From positions 1 through 62,536 of the forward strand of contig JAQURX010000012.1 in assembly GCA_028715415.1 (NCBI GenBank): 62,536 bases of DNA, written 5' to 3'. Positions 12,130 through 20,554 of the stretch are shown here, one piece after another (within the stretch, counting starts at the first letter, position 1; each line of letters starts with the position of its first letter). Source of the stretch: Candidatus Omnitrophota bacterium (GTDB lineage Bacteria > Omnitrophota > Gorgyraeia > Gygaellales > Profunditerraquicolaceae). The notes under the pieces were generated by a model that had not been told where the DNA came from, did no database searches, and worked only from the letters and a program-made list of their open reading frames with translations. Position numbers and translations under genes: made by a program.

Positions 12130-12150
12130 ACATTAATAAGAGGAGTGATT

Positions 12151-12723
12151 ATGAAGAAGATTCTTTTAACATTGGTGGTATTTTTAGCTTTTGGTTTAAC
12201 TTTCTCTTTTGCTCAAGAGAAAAAAGATGTAAAACCAGTTAAGGTTATTCTTTTAGTCTCAGAACAAAATATAGAAGGCCCTCAAAAAGCCTGGTGGGCA
12301 AGTGAAATTGATTTGTCTACAACCGAAGCAAAGGTGGCGACTAAACTTATTGAAGCGGGATTTGAAGTTTTAGAGCCCTCTATGTTAACAAAGGTTATTA
12401 AGCAAGATAAGGCATTTAGGCTGCTTAATTTCCCTCAGGAAAAATCTGTAAAATTAGGGAATCTTTCCAAGGCCGATTATGTAATATTAGGTAAGGCTAT
12501 TGCCTCAAGCGGTGGAAATGTTCCTCAATCAAAAATGATTTCTTGTTTTGCGAATATTTCAGCGAAATTAATCCGGGTAAAAGATGGTAAGGTAGTTGCT
12601 TATCTTGATGCGTCTGGGAATTCCGCGCATATGGATGTAATTACCGGTGGAAGGGAAGCCTTGGCTAACGCCGGAGAAGATTTGGCAGCAAAAATTATTT
12701 CAGCTATTGGCAAGCAATCGTAA
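12151..12723 (+). CDS. Secreted/periplasmic hypothetical protein, partner of the CsgG-like lipoprotein
   Basis: The ATG at 12151 follows an AAGAGGAG SD; the ORF-track start at 12145 is a GTG. The signal peptide reads MKKILLTLVVFLAFGLTFSFA. I recognised no family. Confidence 0.5.
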   Translation: MKKILLTLVVFLAFGLTFSFAQEKKDVKPVKVILLVSEQNIEGPQKAWWASEIDLSTTEAKVATKLIEAGFEVLEPSMLTKVIKQDKAFRLLNFPQEKSVKLGNLSKADYVILGKAIASSGGNVPQSKMISCFANISAKLIRVKDGKVVAYLDASGNSAHMDVITGGREALANAGEDLAAKIISAIGKQS

Positions 12724-12737
12724 GGAGAAATACATAG

Positions 12738-13487
12738 ATGAGAAAAATAATTTTATTTACAACACTGGTTTTAACAATTTCATTTTTTTCCGGTTGCGCT
12801 TCACTTGATTCTATGATGCAGCCGACAGCCCAAGTTGACAATAATGCGGGGGCAGCTCCTCTTCCGCCTTATTCCGGGCCGAAAGCAAGAGTAGCAATTG
12901 CTGATTTTGATGTTAAGGCAGCAAAAGCAGGCAGAGAAATAGGCACGGGCCTACGCGAAATGTTAGTAACCGCGTTAATTAATAGCAGCCGTTTTTCGGT
13001 TGTTGAACGACAGGCGCTGAATGCTATTATGCAGGAGCAGGAATTATCTGCTTCCGGGGCAGCTCAGGCAGGTGCGGGTGGCCCTCAAAGAGGGAAAATC
13101 AAAACTGCTGATTTGATTATTACTGCTGCAGTGACTGAATTTGAGCCAAATGCATCCGGTGGCGGTGCTGGCATTGGCGGCGGCGGCGGAGTTGGAAGCG
13201 GAGTTTTAGGCGGATTATTAGGAGCTTCTTTAAATAAATCTCACATGGCTTTGGATATCCGGATTATTGATGCGTCTACTTCGGAAGTCCTAGCATCTAC
13301 ACGTGTTCAAGGCCAGGCTTCGGATGTGGCAGGTGGTTTCATGGGTGGTTTCATGGGTGGTTGGGCTTTAGGTGGCGGGTTAGGCGCATATGCTAATACT
13401 CCAATGGAAAAAGCAATCCGTGTTTGTATTATTGAGGCAGTAAGGTATATATCGCAGACAATCCCGGCAAACTATTATAAATATTAA
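12738..13487 (+). CDS. CsgG-family outer-membrane lipoprotein
   Basis: Has a lipobox (FFSGC). RVAIADFDV..GTGLREMLVTALINSSRFSVVERQALNAIMQEQELSASG and ADLIITAAVTEF fit the CsgG family pattern. Gly-rich segments sit where the CsgG transmembrane hairpins lie. Confidence 0.7.
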   Translation: MRKIILFTTLVLTISFFSGCASLDSMMQPTAQVDNNAGAAPLPPYSGPKARVAIADFDVKAAKAGREIGTGLREMLVTALINSSRFSVVERQALNAIMQEQELSASGAAQAGAGGPQRGKIKTADLIITAAVTEFEPNASGGGAGIGGGGGVGSGVLGGLLGASLNKSHMALDIRIIDASTSEVLASTRVQGQASDVAGGFMGGFMGGWALGGGLGAYANTPMEKAIRVCIIEAVRYISQTIPANYYKY

Positions 13488-13510
13488 CCTTATAATTATA
13501 GGATTAGACA

Positions 13511-13591
13511 ATGGGAAAACGTAAACGTAGGGGAAAGTTGAACTGGCGCTCTAAAAAAGCCAACAAGGGAAGAAGGCCTAACTTAGGTTAG
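13511..13591 (+). CDS. 26-aa highly basic micro-ORF, possibly ribosomal protein bTHX-like
   Basis: Translates to MGKRKRRGKLNWRSKKANKGRRPNLG. There is an AGGA 9 nt upstream of the ATG and a strong terminator downstream. It resembles Thermus Thx ([16 protein letters not shown]..RPRKK) in length and composition. It is not in the ORF track because it is under 60 aa. Confidence 0.4.
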   Translation: MGKRKRRGKLNWRSKKANKGRRPNLG

Positions 13592-13620
13592 GTTTATTCG
13601 TTGGTTTTTAAGTTTAAATT

Positions 13621-13661
13621 GAGGGCTTTCAAAAAGAAAGCTCTCTTTTTATTTCTTTTTT
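13621..13661 (+). terminator. Rho-independent terminator
   Basis: GAGGGCTTTC-aaaaa-GAAAGCTCTC forms a 10-bp stem with one G.U pair, followed by TTTTTATTTCTTTTTT. Confidence 0.8.
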
Positions 13662-13678
13662 AGCTGTCAAAACCAATT

Positions 13679-14683
13679 ATGAAAGCAATTGCATTAATTT
13701 CAGGCGGGCTTGATAGTATCTTGTCTGCAAAGTTGATTAAAGAACAGGGTGTTGAGATTATCCCGGTAATCTTTAAGATTCCTTTTTGCCATCTTCAGAA
13801 GGCTCCTTCTAACGGAGTTAAAGATATTTCTTCTCTGATTTTTGAATGTTTAGGGGTTAAATTAAAATCCTTTGATATCAGTGAGGATTTCTTAAAATTA
13901 CTTAAAGATCCAAGATATGGCTTTGGTTCAAATATGAATCCTTGTATTGATTGCAAAATACTTATGCTCAAGACAGCAAAAGAGTTGATGAAAGAGTTAG
14001 GAGCGGAATTCTTAATTACAGGGGAAGTCCTGGCGCAGCGGCCAATGTCGCAACACAGGCAGGCATTGGAGCTCATACCAAGGAAAGCAGGGGTTCATGA
14101 TTTGGTGTTAAGGCCGCTTTCTGCGAAAAACTTTCCTCCGACAATCCCTGAATTAAAAGGTTGGGTCAACCGTGAAAAATTACTTAAATTCTCAGGGCGG
14201 GGAAGAAGGCCGCAATTGGAATTAGCAGATACTTTGGGTATCAGTGGGTTTAGCTGGCCGGGAGGAGGCTGCCTTTTAACCGACCCTCATTTCTCCTTAA
14301 GGCTTAAAGAATTAATTAATCATAGTGAATTAACCGTAGTTAATGCGGCTCTATTAAAATTTGGCCGGCACTTTAGGATTTCAGAAAAAACAAAGTTGGT
14401 AGTTGGAAGAGATGAAAAAGAAAACCTGGAGTTAGAAAAATTAGTTGAATCAAACGATTATCTGTTTTATCCTAATGAGAGCCTGGCAGGGCCAACTTCT
14501 TTAGCAAGGGGTTTGCTTAATGAAGAGTTGATTAAATTAAGCTGTCAGATAACCTGCTATCATTGTGATTTGGCAGGAAATGCTCAAGCGGAAATTTTAT
14601 ACCGTAAGGGTGCCAAAGGAGAAATCAAGAGTTTAGTTGTTGAACGGATTAGCAAAGATAAATTAGAGGCTTTAAGAATTTAG
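13679..14683 (+). CDS. PP-loop ATP pyrophosphatase, ThiI/MnmA-like sulfurtransferase family (no THUMP domain)
   Basis: Carries the SGGLDS PP-loop, NPCIDCK and ITGEVLAQRPMSQ. The last is comparable to TGESLGQVASQ in ThiI. Confidence 0.55.
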   Translation: MKAIALISGGLDSILSAKLIKEQGVEIIPVIFKIPFCHLQKAPSNGVKDISSLIFECLGVKLKSFDISEDFLKLLKDPRYGFGSNMNPCIDCKILMLKTAKELMKELGAEFLITGEVLAQRPMSQHRQALELIPRKAGVHDLVLRPLSAKNFPPTIPELKGWVNREKLLKFSGRGRRPQLELADTLGISGFSWPGGGCLLTDPHFSLRLKELINHSELTVVNAALLKFGRHFRISEKTKLVVGRDEKENLELEKLVESNDYLFYPNESLAGPTSLARGLLNEELIKLSCQITCYHCDLAGNAQAEILYRKGAKGEIKSLVVERISKDKLEALRI

Positions 14684-14685
14684 CT

Positions 14686-15717
14686 ATGAAAAAAGAAGCG
14701 CTTCTCTATGAAACGCTGGAAAAAAATATCGTTCATTGTTTTTTATGTGCGCATCAATGCCGGATTGCAGAAGATAAATTTGGTTTCTGCGGGGTAAGGC
14801 AAAACCTCGCAGGCAAGCTTTTTACCTTTGCTTACGGAGAAGTAATTACGGCTCATGTTGACCCGATTGAGAAAAAACCCCTGTATCATTTTTTGCCCGG
14901 GACCAAAAGTTTTTCCGTTGCAACCATAGGATGCAATTTCCGCTGTAGTTTCTGCCAGAACTGGCAGATTTCTCAGCAGTCTTTCCGCGATGGAAATTTA
15001 GGAGGAGAGAAAATATTTCCTCAGGGGATTGTAGAACTTGCTTTAAAGAATAAATGTAGGAGTATTTCTTATACATATACCGAGCCGACAATATTCTTTG
15101 AGTACGCTTTTGAAACCGCAAAACTTGCCCACGAAAAAGGCCTTTATAATATCTTTGTTACAAATGGGTTTATGACAAGAGAATGTATTGAGTTAGCCCA
15201 GCCTTATCTGGATGCTGCTAATATTGATCTAAAGTTTTTTAAGCAAGATTCTTATAAGAGGGTTTGTTCGGGTTCGCTGCAGCCTGTGCTTGATTCCATC
15301 AAGCTAATGCATAAATTGGGCATTTGGGTTGAAGTTACAACTTTAGTTATCCCGGGTGAGAATGATTCTGAAGAAGAGTTATCGGGAATTGCAAAATTCA
15401 TATCCGGAGTAAGCAAAGATATGCCTTGGCATATTTCCGCTTTTCATCCGGATTATAAATTCTCAGAATATAATCCTACCCCGCAAGCAACTCTTAAAAA
15501 AGCTTATGATTTGGGTAAGAATGCGGGCTTAAATTTTGTCTATGTCGGAAATGTTTTAGGTTGGGATGATAATACGTATTGCCCAAGCTGTAAAAAGGTT
15601 GTAGTTGAGAGGGAAGGATTTAGCGTTCTGGGTAAAAATATAAAACAGGATAAATGTGGAAGTTGTGGAATAATAATTCCCGGGCTATTTGGAGATATGG
15701 ATGTTAAAACAAATTAA
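14686..15717 (+). CDS. AmmeMemoRadiSam-system-type radical SAM enzyme
   Basis: Carries the radical SAM motif CNFRCSFCQNW, the N-terminal Cys cluster HCFLCAHQC..FCGVRQN and DPIEKKPLYHF. Confidence 0.75.
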   Translation: MKKEALLYETLEKNIVHCFLCAHQCRIAEDKFGFCGVRQNLAGKLFTFAYGEVITAHVDPIEKKPLYHFLPGTKSFSVATIGCNFRCSFCQNWQISQQSFRDGNLGGEKIFPQGIVELALKNKCRSISYTYTEPTIFFEYAFETAKLAHEKGLYNIFVTNGFMTRECIELAQPYLDAANIDLKFFKQDSYKRVCSGSLQPVLDSIKLMHKLGIWVEVTTLVIPGENDSEEELSGIAKFISGVSKDMPWHISAFHPDYKFSEYNPTPQATLKKAYDLGKNAGLNFVYVGNVLGWDDNTYCPSCKKVVVEREGFSVLGKNIKQDKCGSCGIIIPGLFGDMDVKTN

Positions 15718-16198
15718 GAGGATTCACAGGCTCTATGAAACTAGGTTTAGTTTTGGAGCCAGTGCTGCCATAATAACTAATCTTGGTTTAATTGTCGGGC
15801 TTAGGACAGGCAGTCACGCTAAATTTAGTATTATCGGTAGTATGTTGGTGATTGCTCTTGCTGATAATGTTTCGGATTCCGTTGGTATTCATATTTATCA
15901 GGAATCAGAATGCCTTGAACAAAAAGAAGTTTGGTTATCTACTTTTACCAATTTTTTTAGCAGGCTCTTGGTTTCTCTTACTTTTATTGCTTTGGTTTAT
16001 TTTTTACCTATCGGCATAGGCGTTGTCAGTTCTTTGATTTGGGGATTATCATTGTTATCTTTTATGAGTTATATGATTGCAAAAGATAGGGGTATCAATC
16101 CTTATTGGGCGATATGTGAACATCTATGTATTGCACTTTTAGTAATCATTGTTAGCAATTTTGTTGGTGGAATCATTTTAAGCAGGATTAAATTCTGA
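15701..16198 (+). CDS. VIT1/CCC1-like membrane protein (putative iron/manganese transporter)
   Basis: The ATG at 15701 is 5 nt after GGAGA; the ORF-track start is a TTG. FGASAAIITNLGLIVGL and LADNVSDSVGIHIYQES resemble VIT-family motifs. About 4 TM segments. Confidence 0.45.
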   Translation: MLKQIKRIHRLYETRFSFGASAAIITNLGLIVGLRTGSHAKFSIIGSMLVIALADNVSDSVGIHIYQESECLEQKEVWLSTFTNFFSRLLVSLTFIALVYFLPIGIGVVSSLIWGLSLLSFMSYMIAKDRGINPYWAICEHLCIALLVIIVSNFVGGIILSRIKF

Positions 16199-16218
16199 AT
16201 TCATTAAGGAGCTGCCAG

Positions 16219-16785
16219 ATGTTAAGTTTCATCACGTCGTTTTTTATGATTGCAATTGCTGAAATTGGGGATAAAACTCAATTAATTGCCCTATCTTTCT
16301 CCACAAAATACAAGCCTTTGAAGGTTTTAGCTGGAGTATTTATCGGAGCGCTTGCAGTGCTTCTTTTGTCTGTGTTGATTGGCGGCCACTTAAGCGCTTT
16401 CATTCCTATGAATATTTTAAAGATTATTGTCGGGTTTACTTTTATAGGTTTTGGTATTCTAACTTTAAAAGGCGAACATTGCGATAAGGAAGGCATTAAT
16501 AAAGTAAATAAATTTGGGCCCATATTAACAGTAGCTATTGCTTTTTTCTTGGCAGAGCTAGGAGACAAAACTCAGCTTGCAACAATTTCTCTGGCTGCGC
16601 AATACCAGTCTTTTTTTGGAGTCTGGCTTGGTTCAGCATTGGGTATTGTAGCAGCTGATGCAGTTGCAATTGCAGTTGGAGTTATAGCAGGAAAGAAGCT
16701 TCCGCAAAAAACTATTAAGTTTATTTCAGCGGGAATTTTTATCCTCTTTGGAATCTTGATTTTTGTTGAGGTGTTTACAAAATAA
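16219..16785 (+). CDS. UPF0016/GDT1 (TMEM165) family cation (Mn2+/Ca2+) transporter
   Basis: The signature is duplicated: EIGDKTQL at the N-terminus and ELGDKTQL mid-protein. Confidence 0.8.
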   Translation: MLSFITSFFMIAIAEIGDKTQLIALSFSTKYKPLKVLAGVFIGALAVLLLSVLIGGHLSAFIPMNILKIIVGFTFIGFGILTLKGEHCDKEGINKVNKFGPILTVAIAFFLAELGDKTQLATISLAAQYQSFFGVWLGSALGIVAADAVAIAVGVIAGKKLPQKTIKFISAGIFILFGILIFVEVFTK

Positions 16786-16786
16786 T

Positions 16787-17431
16787 ATGGAAGAGCTGAT
16801 TATCAGGAAATATCAGAAGGAGGACAGGGATTCGGTTAGGAAAATCTCATGGGAAACCGCTTTTATGGGCCAGTCAGCTGAAATTTTTTGTCATGAAGAA
16901 GAGATTTTTGCATCTTTCCTTACGGAATATTTTACTGATTATGAGCCGGAATCATGTTTTATCGCTCAAGTCAAAGGCAAAGTTGTTGGCTATATCATCG
17001 GTGCAAAGGATGCAAAGGTTTTAGAAAAGACTTTTACGGAAAAAATCCTCCCAAAGTTATTAAAAAAGGTTTTTTTCGGGAAGGTTCTGTTAAAACCAAA
17101 GAATCTACATTTTCTTTTTCAGCTTTTAATTAGTTCTTTGCGCGGAGAAGTATTTGCTCCTTCGTTTTATAAGCAATACCCTGCTACTTTACATATAAAT
17201 TTATTGAAAGAATGGCGAGGAAATGGCGCAGGCTCAAGATTGATTTTAGCTTACCTGGATTATTTGAAGCAACTTAAAGTCCCGGGAGTTTGCCTTGCTA
17301 CAATGTCTGATAAAGGGGGCTTATTTTTTGAGAAACAGGGTTTTAAACTTCTGCATAAAGGCCAAAGGTCGTATTTCTACCATATTCTACACAAAAAAAT
17401 TCCAGTCTATATTTACGGGAAGTTATTGTAA
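16787..17431 (+). CDS. GNAT-family N-acetyltransferase
   Basis: ATG at 16787. The acetyl-CoA-binding-type motif WRGNGAGSRL is present, and size and architecture are typical. Confidence 0.6.
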   Translation: MEELIIRKYQKEDRDSVRKISWETAFMGQSAEIFCHEEEIFASFLTEYFTDYEPESCFIAQVKGKVVGYIIGAKDAKVLEKTFTEKILPKLLKKVFFGKVLLKPKNLHFLFQLLISSLRGEVFAPSFYKQYPATLHINLLKEWRGNGAGSRLILAYLDYLKQLKVPGVCLATMSDKGGLFFEKQGFKLLHKGQRSYFYHILHKKIPVYIYGKLL

Positions 17432-17473
17432 AATCTCTTGTTTTCCCGAATAAATTCTGGCAAAATATACGCT

Positions 17474-18142
17474 ATGAAAAAAACCGATATTAAACTTCAA
17501 AGAAGATATAGCGTTTTTGTGGATTTTGATAACACTATTGCTAAATGCGATACTTTCGATGGTTTGTTACCAAAATTCTCAAGGGACGATAAGTGGATAT
17601 CTATAGAAGAATCATGGAAGCAAGGTAAGATTGGTTCTCTTGAGTGTTTATCCGGCCAGCTGGCAGGGATGGATTTAACAAAGAAGGATTTGGATAACTA
17701 TTTGTTAGGCATTGAATTAGACCCCTACTTTAAAAAGTTAGCCGAGTTTTTGTCTTATAAGAAGAATAAAGTTACGATTTTAACCGACAACTTCGATTAT
17801 ATCCTTAAAAGCGTATTGAAGAATAATAAAATTAACAATGTAAAGGTTTATTCAAACAAGCTTGTATTTTCTAAAGGCAGGCCTAGCCCAAGCTTCCCGT
17901 TTAAAGATAAAAAGTGCCATATTTGTGCTCATTGCAAGAAAAAAAACCTCTTGGCAAATACCCTTAAAGATTCTATAATAGTGTATATTGGCGATGGCCA
18001 GTCAGATATCTGTCCGGCTAAATACGCTGATATTGTATTTGCCAAAGACGGCCTACTTAAACATTTTAAAGAAAAAAAACTAGAATATAGGCCGTTTAGA
18101 AACCTAAAAGAAGTATATAGTTATTTTAAAGGAGTTTTGTAA
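17474..18142 (+). CDS. HAD-IB phosphatase, MtnX-like
   Basis: ATG at 17474. Carries the VDFDNTI motif I, CHICAHCKK and YIGDGQSDICPA..ADIVFAK, as in MtnX-type phosphatases. Confidence 0.6.
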   Translation: MKKTDIKLQRRYSVFVDFDNTIAKCDTFDGLLPKFSRDDKWISIEESWKQGKIGSLECLSGQLAGMDLTKKDLDNYLLGIELDPYFKKLAEFLSYKKNKVTILTDNFDYILKSVLKNNKINNVKVYSNKLVFSKGRPSPSFPFKDKKCHICAHCKKKNLLANTLKDSIIVYIGDGQSDICPAKYADIVFAKDGLLKHFKEKKLEYRPFRNLKEVYSYFKGVL

Positions 18143-18143
18143 G

Positions 18144-19559
18144 ATGAATGAGAAACAAGCGACTAAACAAGCAAGGCCCGAAGAATTGGTTTCTTCGGAC
18201 GAGCTTTTAGAACTAGAATCTAAATATTGTTCATGGGGAGATACGGTCCATTATGTAAAAACCCCAACCATTTTTAAAGAAGCGGAAGGGAGTTTTCTTT
18301 ATGACCGCGATGGGGTTGAATATTTAGATCTTCAGATGTGGTATTCTGCGGCAAATTTTGGCTATAAGAATAAAAGGCTGAATGCTGCCTTAAAAAAACA
18401 GATTGATACCCTTCCTCAATTAGCTTGCCAATATTTACATGAAGAAAAGATTCGTTTAGCTTCAAAACTTTCCCAAAGGATTGAGAGGACATTTGAAGAA
18501 AAGGGGAGAGTGCACTTTAATGTGGGTGGTTCAAGCGCACTTGAAGATTCGCTTAAGCTGGTAAGGAATCATACAGGTAGAAGTTTGGTATTTGCATTTA
18601 TGGGTGGCTATCACGGAAGGACTCTGGCCGCCTCTGCGATTACCTCAAGCTTCCGTTACAGGGAGCGCTTCGGGCATTTTGGAGATAGGGCACTTTTTGT
18701 TCCTTATCCGTATTGCTATCGCTGTCCTTATGACAAGAAGAAAGATTTCTGCGATTTCTATTGTTTAAAACAATTTGAACGGCTTTTTGAAACAGAATAT
18801 TATTCAGTTGTGAATAAAAGAAATAATAAATGTGAGTTTGCTGCTTTTTATGTGGAAGCAGTACAGGGGACAGGTGGATATATTGTTCCTCCTCAGGAAT
18901 ATTACGCAGGGCTTAAAGAGGTATTAGATAAATATAATATTCTTTTGGTAGTTGATGAAATCCAGATGGGTTTCTTCAGGACAGGAAAATTCTGGGCGAT
19001 TGAACATTTTAATGTTACGCCCGATATAATTGTTTTTGGAAAAGCCTTGACCAATGGGCTTAATCCAATTTCCGGAGTATGGGCAAAAGAAAAGCTAATT
19101 TCTCCTCAAGTCTTTCCTCCGGGATCAACCCACTCAACTTTTTCAGCTAATCCTTTGGGTACAGCAGCCGGTTTAGAGGTTATGAAGTTGATTGAGGAGT
19201 CTAATTTTGCCCAGGAAGTTCCTAAGAAAGGCCAGTATTTCCTTTCAAGGCTTAAGAAGCTGCAGAAAAAATATCCTCAAATCGGGGATGTCAATGGGTT
19301 AGGCCTGGCTTTACGAATTGAAATGTGCGAAAAAGACGGCTATACTCCAAACAAAGAGCTAACAGATGATATAGTTGATATCGGGCTTGCCGGAAAATTG
19401 TCTGTTGGGGGCAAGAAACGCGGATTAGTGCTTGATGTAGGTGGATACTATAAGAATGTTTTCACCTTAGCACCTTCTTTTTACATAACAGAGAAAGAGA
19501 TTGATTTAGGTTGCGACCTCTTTGAAGAGGCACTTTGTAAGGCATTAAAGAAGTCTTAA
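18144..19559 (+). CDS. Class-III (omega) PLP-dependent aminotransferase
   Basis: Carries VVDEIQMGFFRTGKFWA and the Schiff-base lysine context IIVFGKALTNG. Confidence 0.8.
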   Translation: MNEKQATKQARPEELVSSDELLELESKYCSWGDTVHYVKTPTIFKEAEGSFLYDRDGVEYLDLQMWYSAANFGYKNKRLNAALKKQIDTLPQLACQYLHEEKIRLASKLSQRIERTFEEKGRVHFNVGGSSALEDSLKLVRNHTGRSLVFAFMGGYHGRTLAASAITSSFRYRERFGHFGDRALFVPYPYCYRCPYDKKKDFCDFYCLKQFERLFETEYYSVVNKRNNKCEFAAFYVEAVQGTGGYIVPPQEYYAGLKEVLDKYNILLVVDEIQMGFFRTGKFWAIEHFNVTPDIIVFGKALTNGLNPISGVWAKEKLISPQVFPPGSTHSTFSANPLGTAAGLEVMKLIEESNFAQEVPKKGQYFLSRLKKLQKKYPQIGDVNGLGLALRIEMCEKDGYTPNKELTDDIVDIGLAGKLSVGGKKRGLVLDVGGYYKNVFTLAPSFYITEKEIDLGCDLFEEALCKALKKS

Positions 19560-19622
19560 ATCCCCGAGTTATTTTTCCGGGATTTTCCAAAAGACGCCTT
19601 CCTTATTATCGAGTTTTTAAAT

Positions 19623-20552
19623 ATGCTGGATAAGTCTATCCAAATACTTAATTTCGATAATTCTATAATTAAACAAAAAAACTTAATCTCTAAATTTGAC
19701 CATCAGATTATTGATTTAACCGACCTTGGGCCATCAGTAAGATTATGGATGGATAAGAAAACGCACAAAGCAGTTAATAATCGCTTGGCTGATTTAAGAG
19801 GAAATGGCGTAAGATTTATAGGCTCCGGGGATTTTCATAACGTAAGTAGTATTTTGGCAAGGCGCATAAGCAAACCCTTTTCGTTAATCGTCTTTGATTT
19901 CCATCCTGATTGGGATATCTTCCCTCCGCGTTTTGGCTGTGGTTCTTGGATTACAGAAAGCCTGAAGTATAAGAATATTGTAAAGGTGGTCCTTATCGGG
20001 GTTTCCTCTGATGATATATCAACAGGGGGCATCCAAAGCGGGAATTTAAAATCGCTTAGAAATAATCGCCTAGAAATCTATCCGTATCAACATAACGCAA
20101 CCTCTGTTTTCTTCAGGAAGATCCCTGAGAATAAATCTATCAGTGTTAAACGGTATTTTTTGTCAGGGAAAATAAATTGGAATCAGTTGCGGGAAGTTAA
20201 CATCTCAGAGTTTATGACTTCTTTACTCCGTGATTTGCCTACAGGCGATGTCTACATTTCAATAGATAAAGATTGTTTAATGAAGGAGTACGCGGTTACT
20301 AATTGGGAAGAGGGATTCCTTTCTTTGGAACAGTTGTTATGTATGCTTAGATTGATAAAAGAAAAAAAAGATATTGTTGGTGTGGATATAACCGGGGATT
20401 ATTCAGAAATAAATATTAAAGGCAAGGTTAAGAGTTTTTTTTCCAGGCTGGACCATCCTAAAGATTGCCCGCAGAAGCATTTTTCTCCCATTGATGCAAC
20501 ATCAATAAACGAGTCAACCAACCTTAAGATTCTGGAAGTTTTATTTTCTTAA
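19623..20552 (+). CDS. Divergent arginase/agmatinase (ureohydrolase)-fold protein
   Basis: GSGDFHN, DFHPD and SIDKD occur in the order and spacing of the GGDHS, DAHxD and SxDxD metal-ligand motifs of the arginase family. The assignment is tentative. Confidence 0.4.
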   Translation: MLDKSIQILNFDNSIIKQKNLISKFDHQIIDLTDLGPSVRLWMDKKTHKAVNNRLADLRGNGVRFIGSGDFHNVSSILARRISKPFSLIVFDFHPDWDIFPPRFGCGSWITESLKYKNIVKVVLIGVSSDDISTGGIQSGNLKSLRNNRLEIYPYQHNATSVFFRKIPENKSISVKRYFLSGKINWNQLREVNISEFMTSLLRDLPTGDVYISIDKDCLMKEYAVTNWEEGFLSLEQLLCMLRLIKEKKDIVGVDITGDYSEINIKGKVKSFFSRLDHPKDCPQKHFSPIDATSINESTNLKILEVLFS

Positions 20553-20554
20553 AA

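Noticed and set aside
13332-13362. A 12-bp tandem repeat (GGTGGTTTCATG, 2.6 copies), considered as a possible contingency locus or variable repeat.
   Set aside because: It is in frame and simply encodes GGFM-GGFM-GGW within the Gly-rich segment typical of CsgG-family proteins. The unit length is a multiple of 3 and the copy number is low, so phase variation is unlikely.
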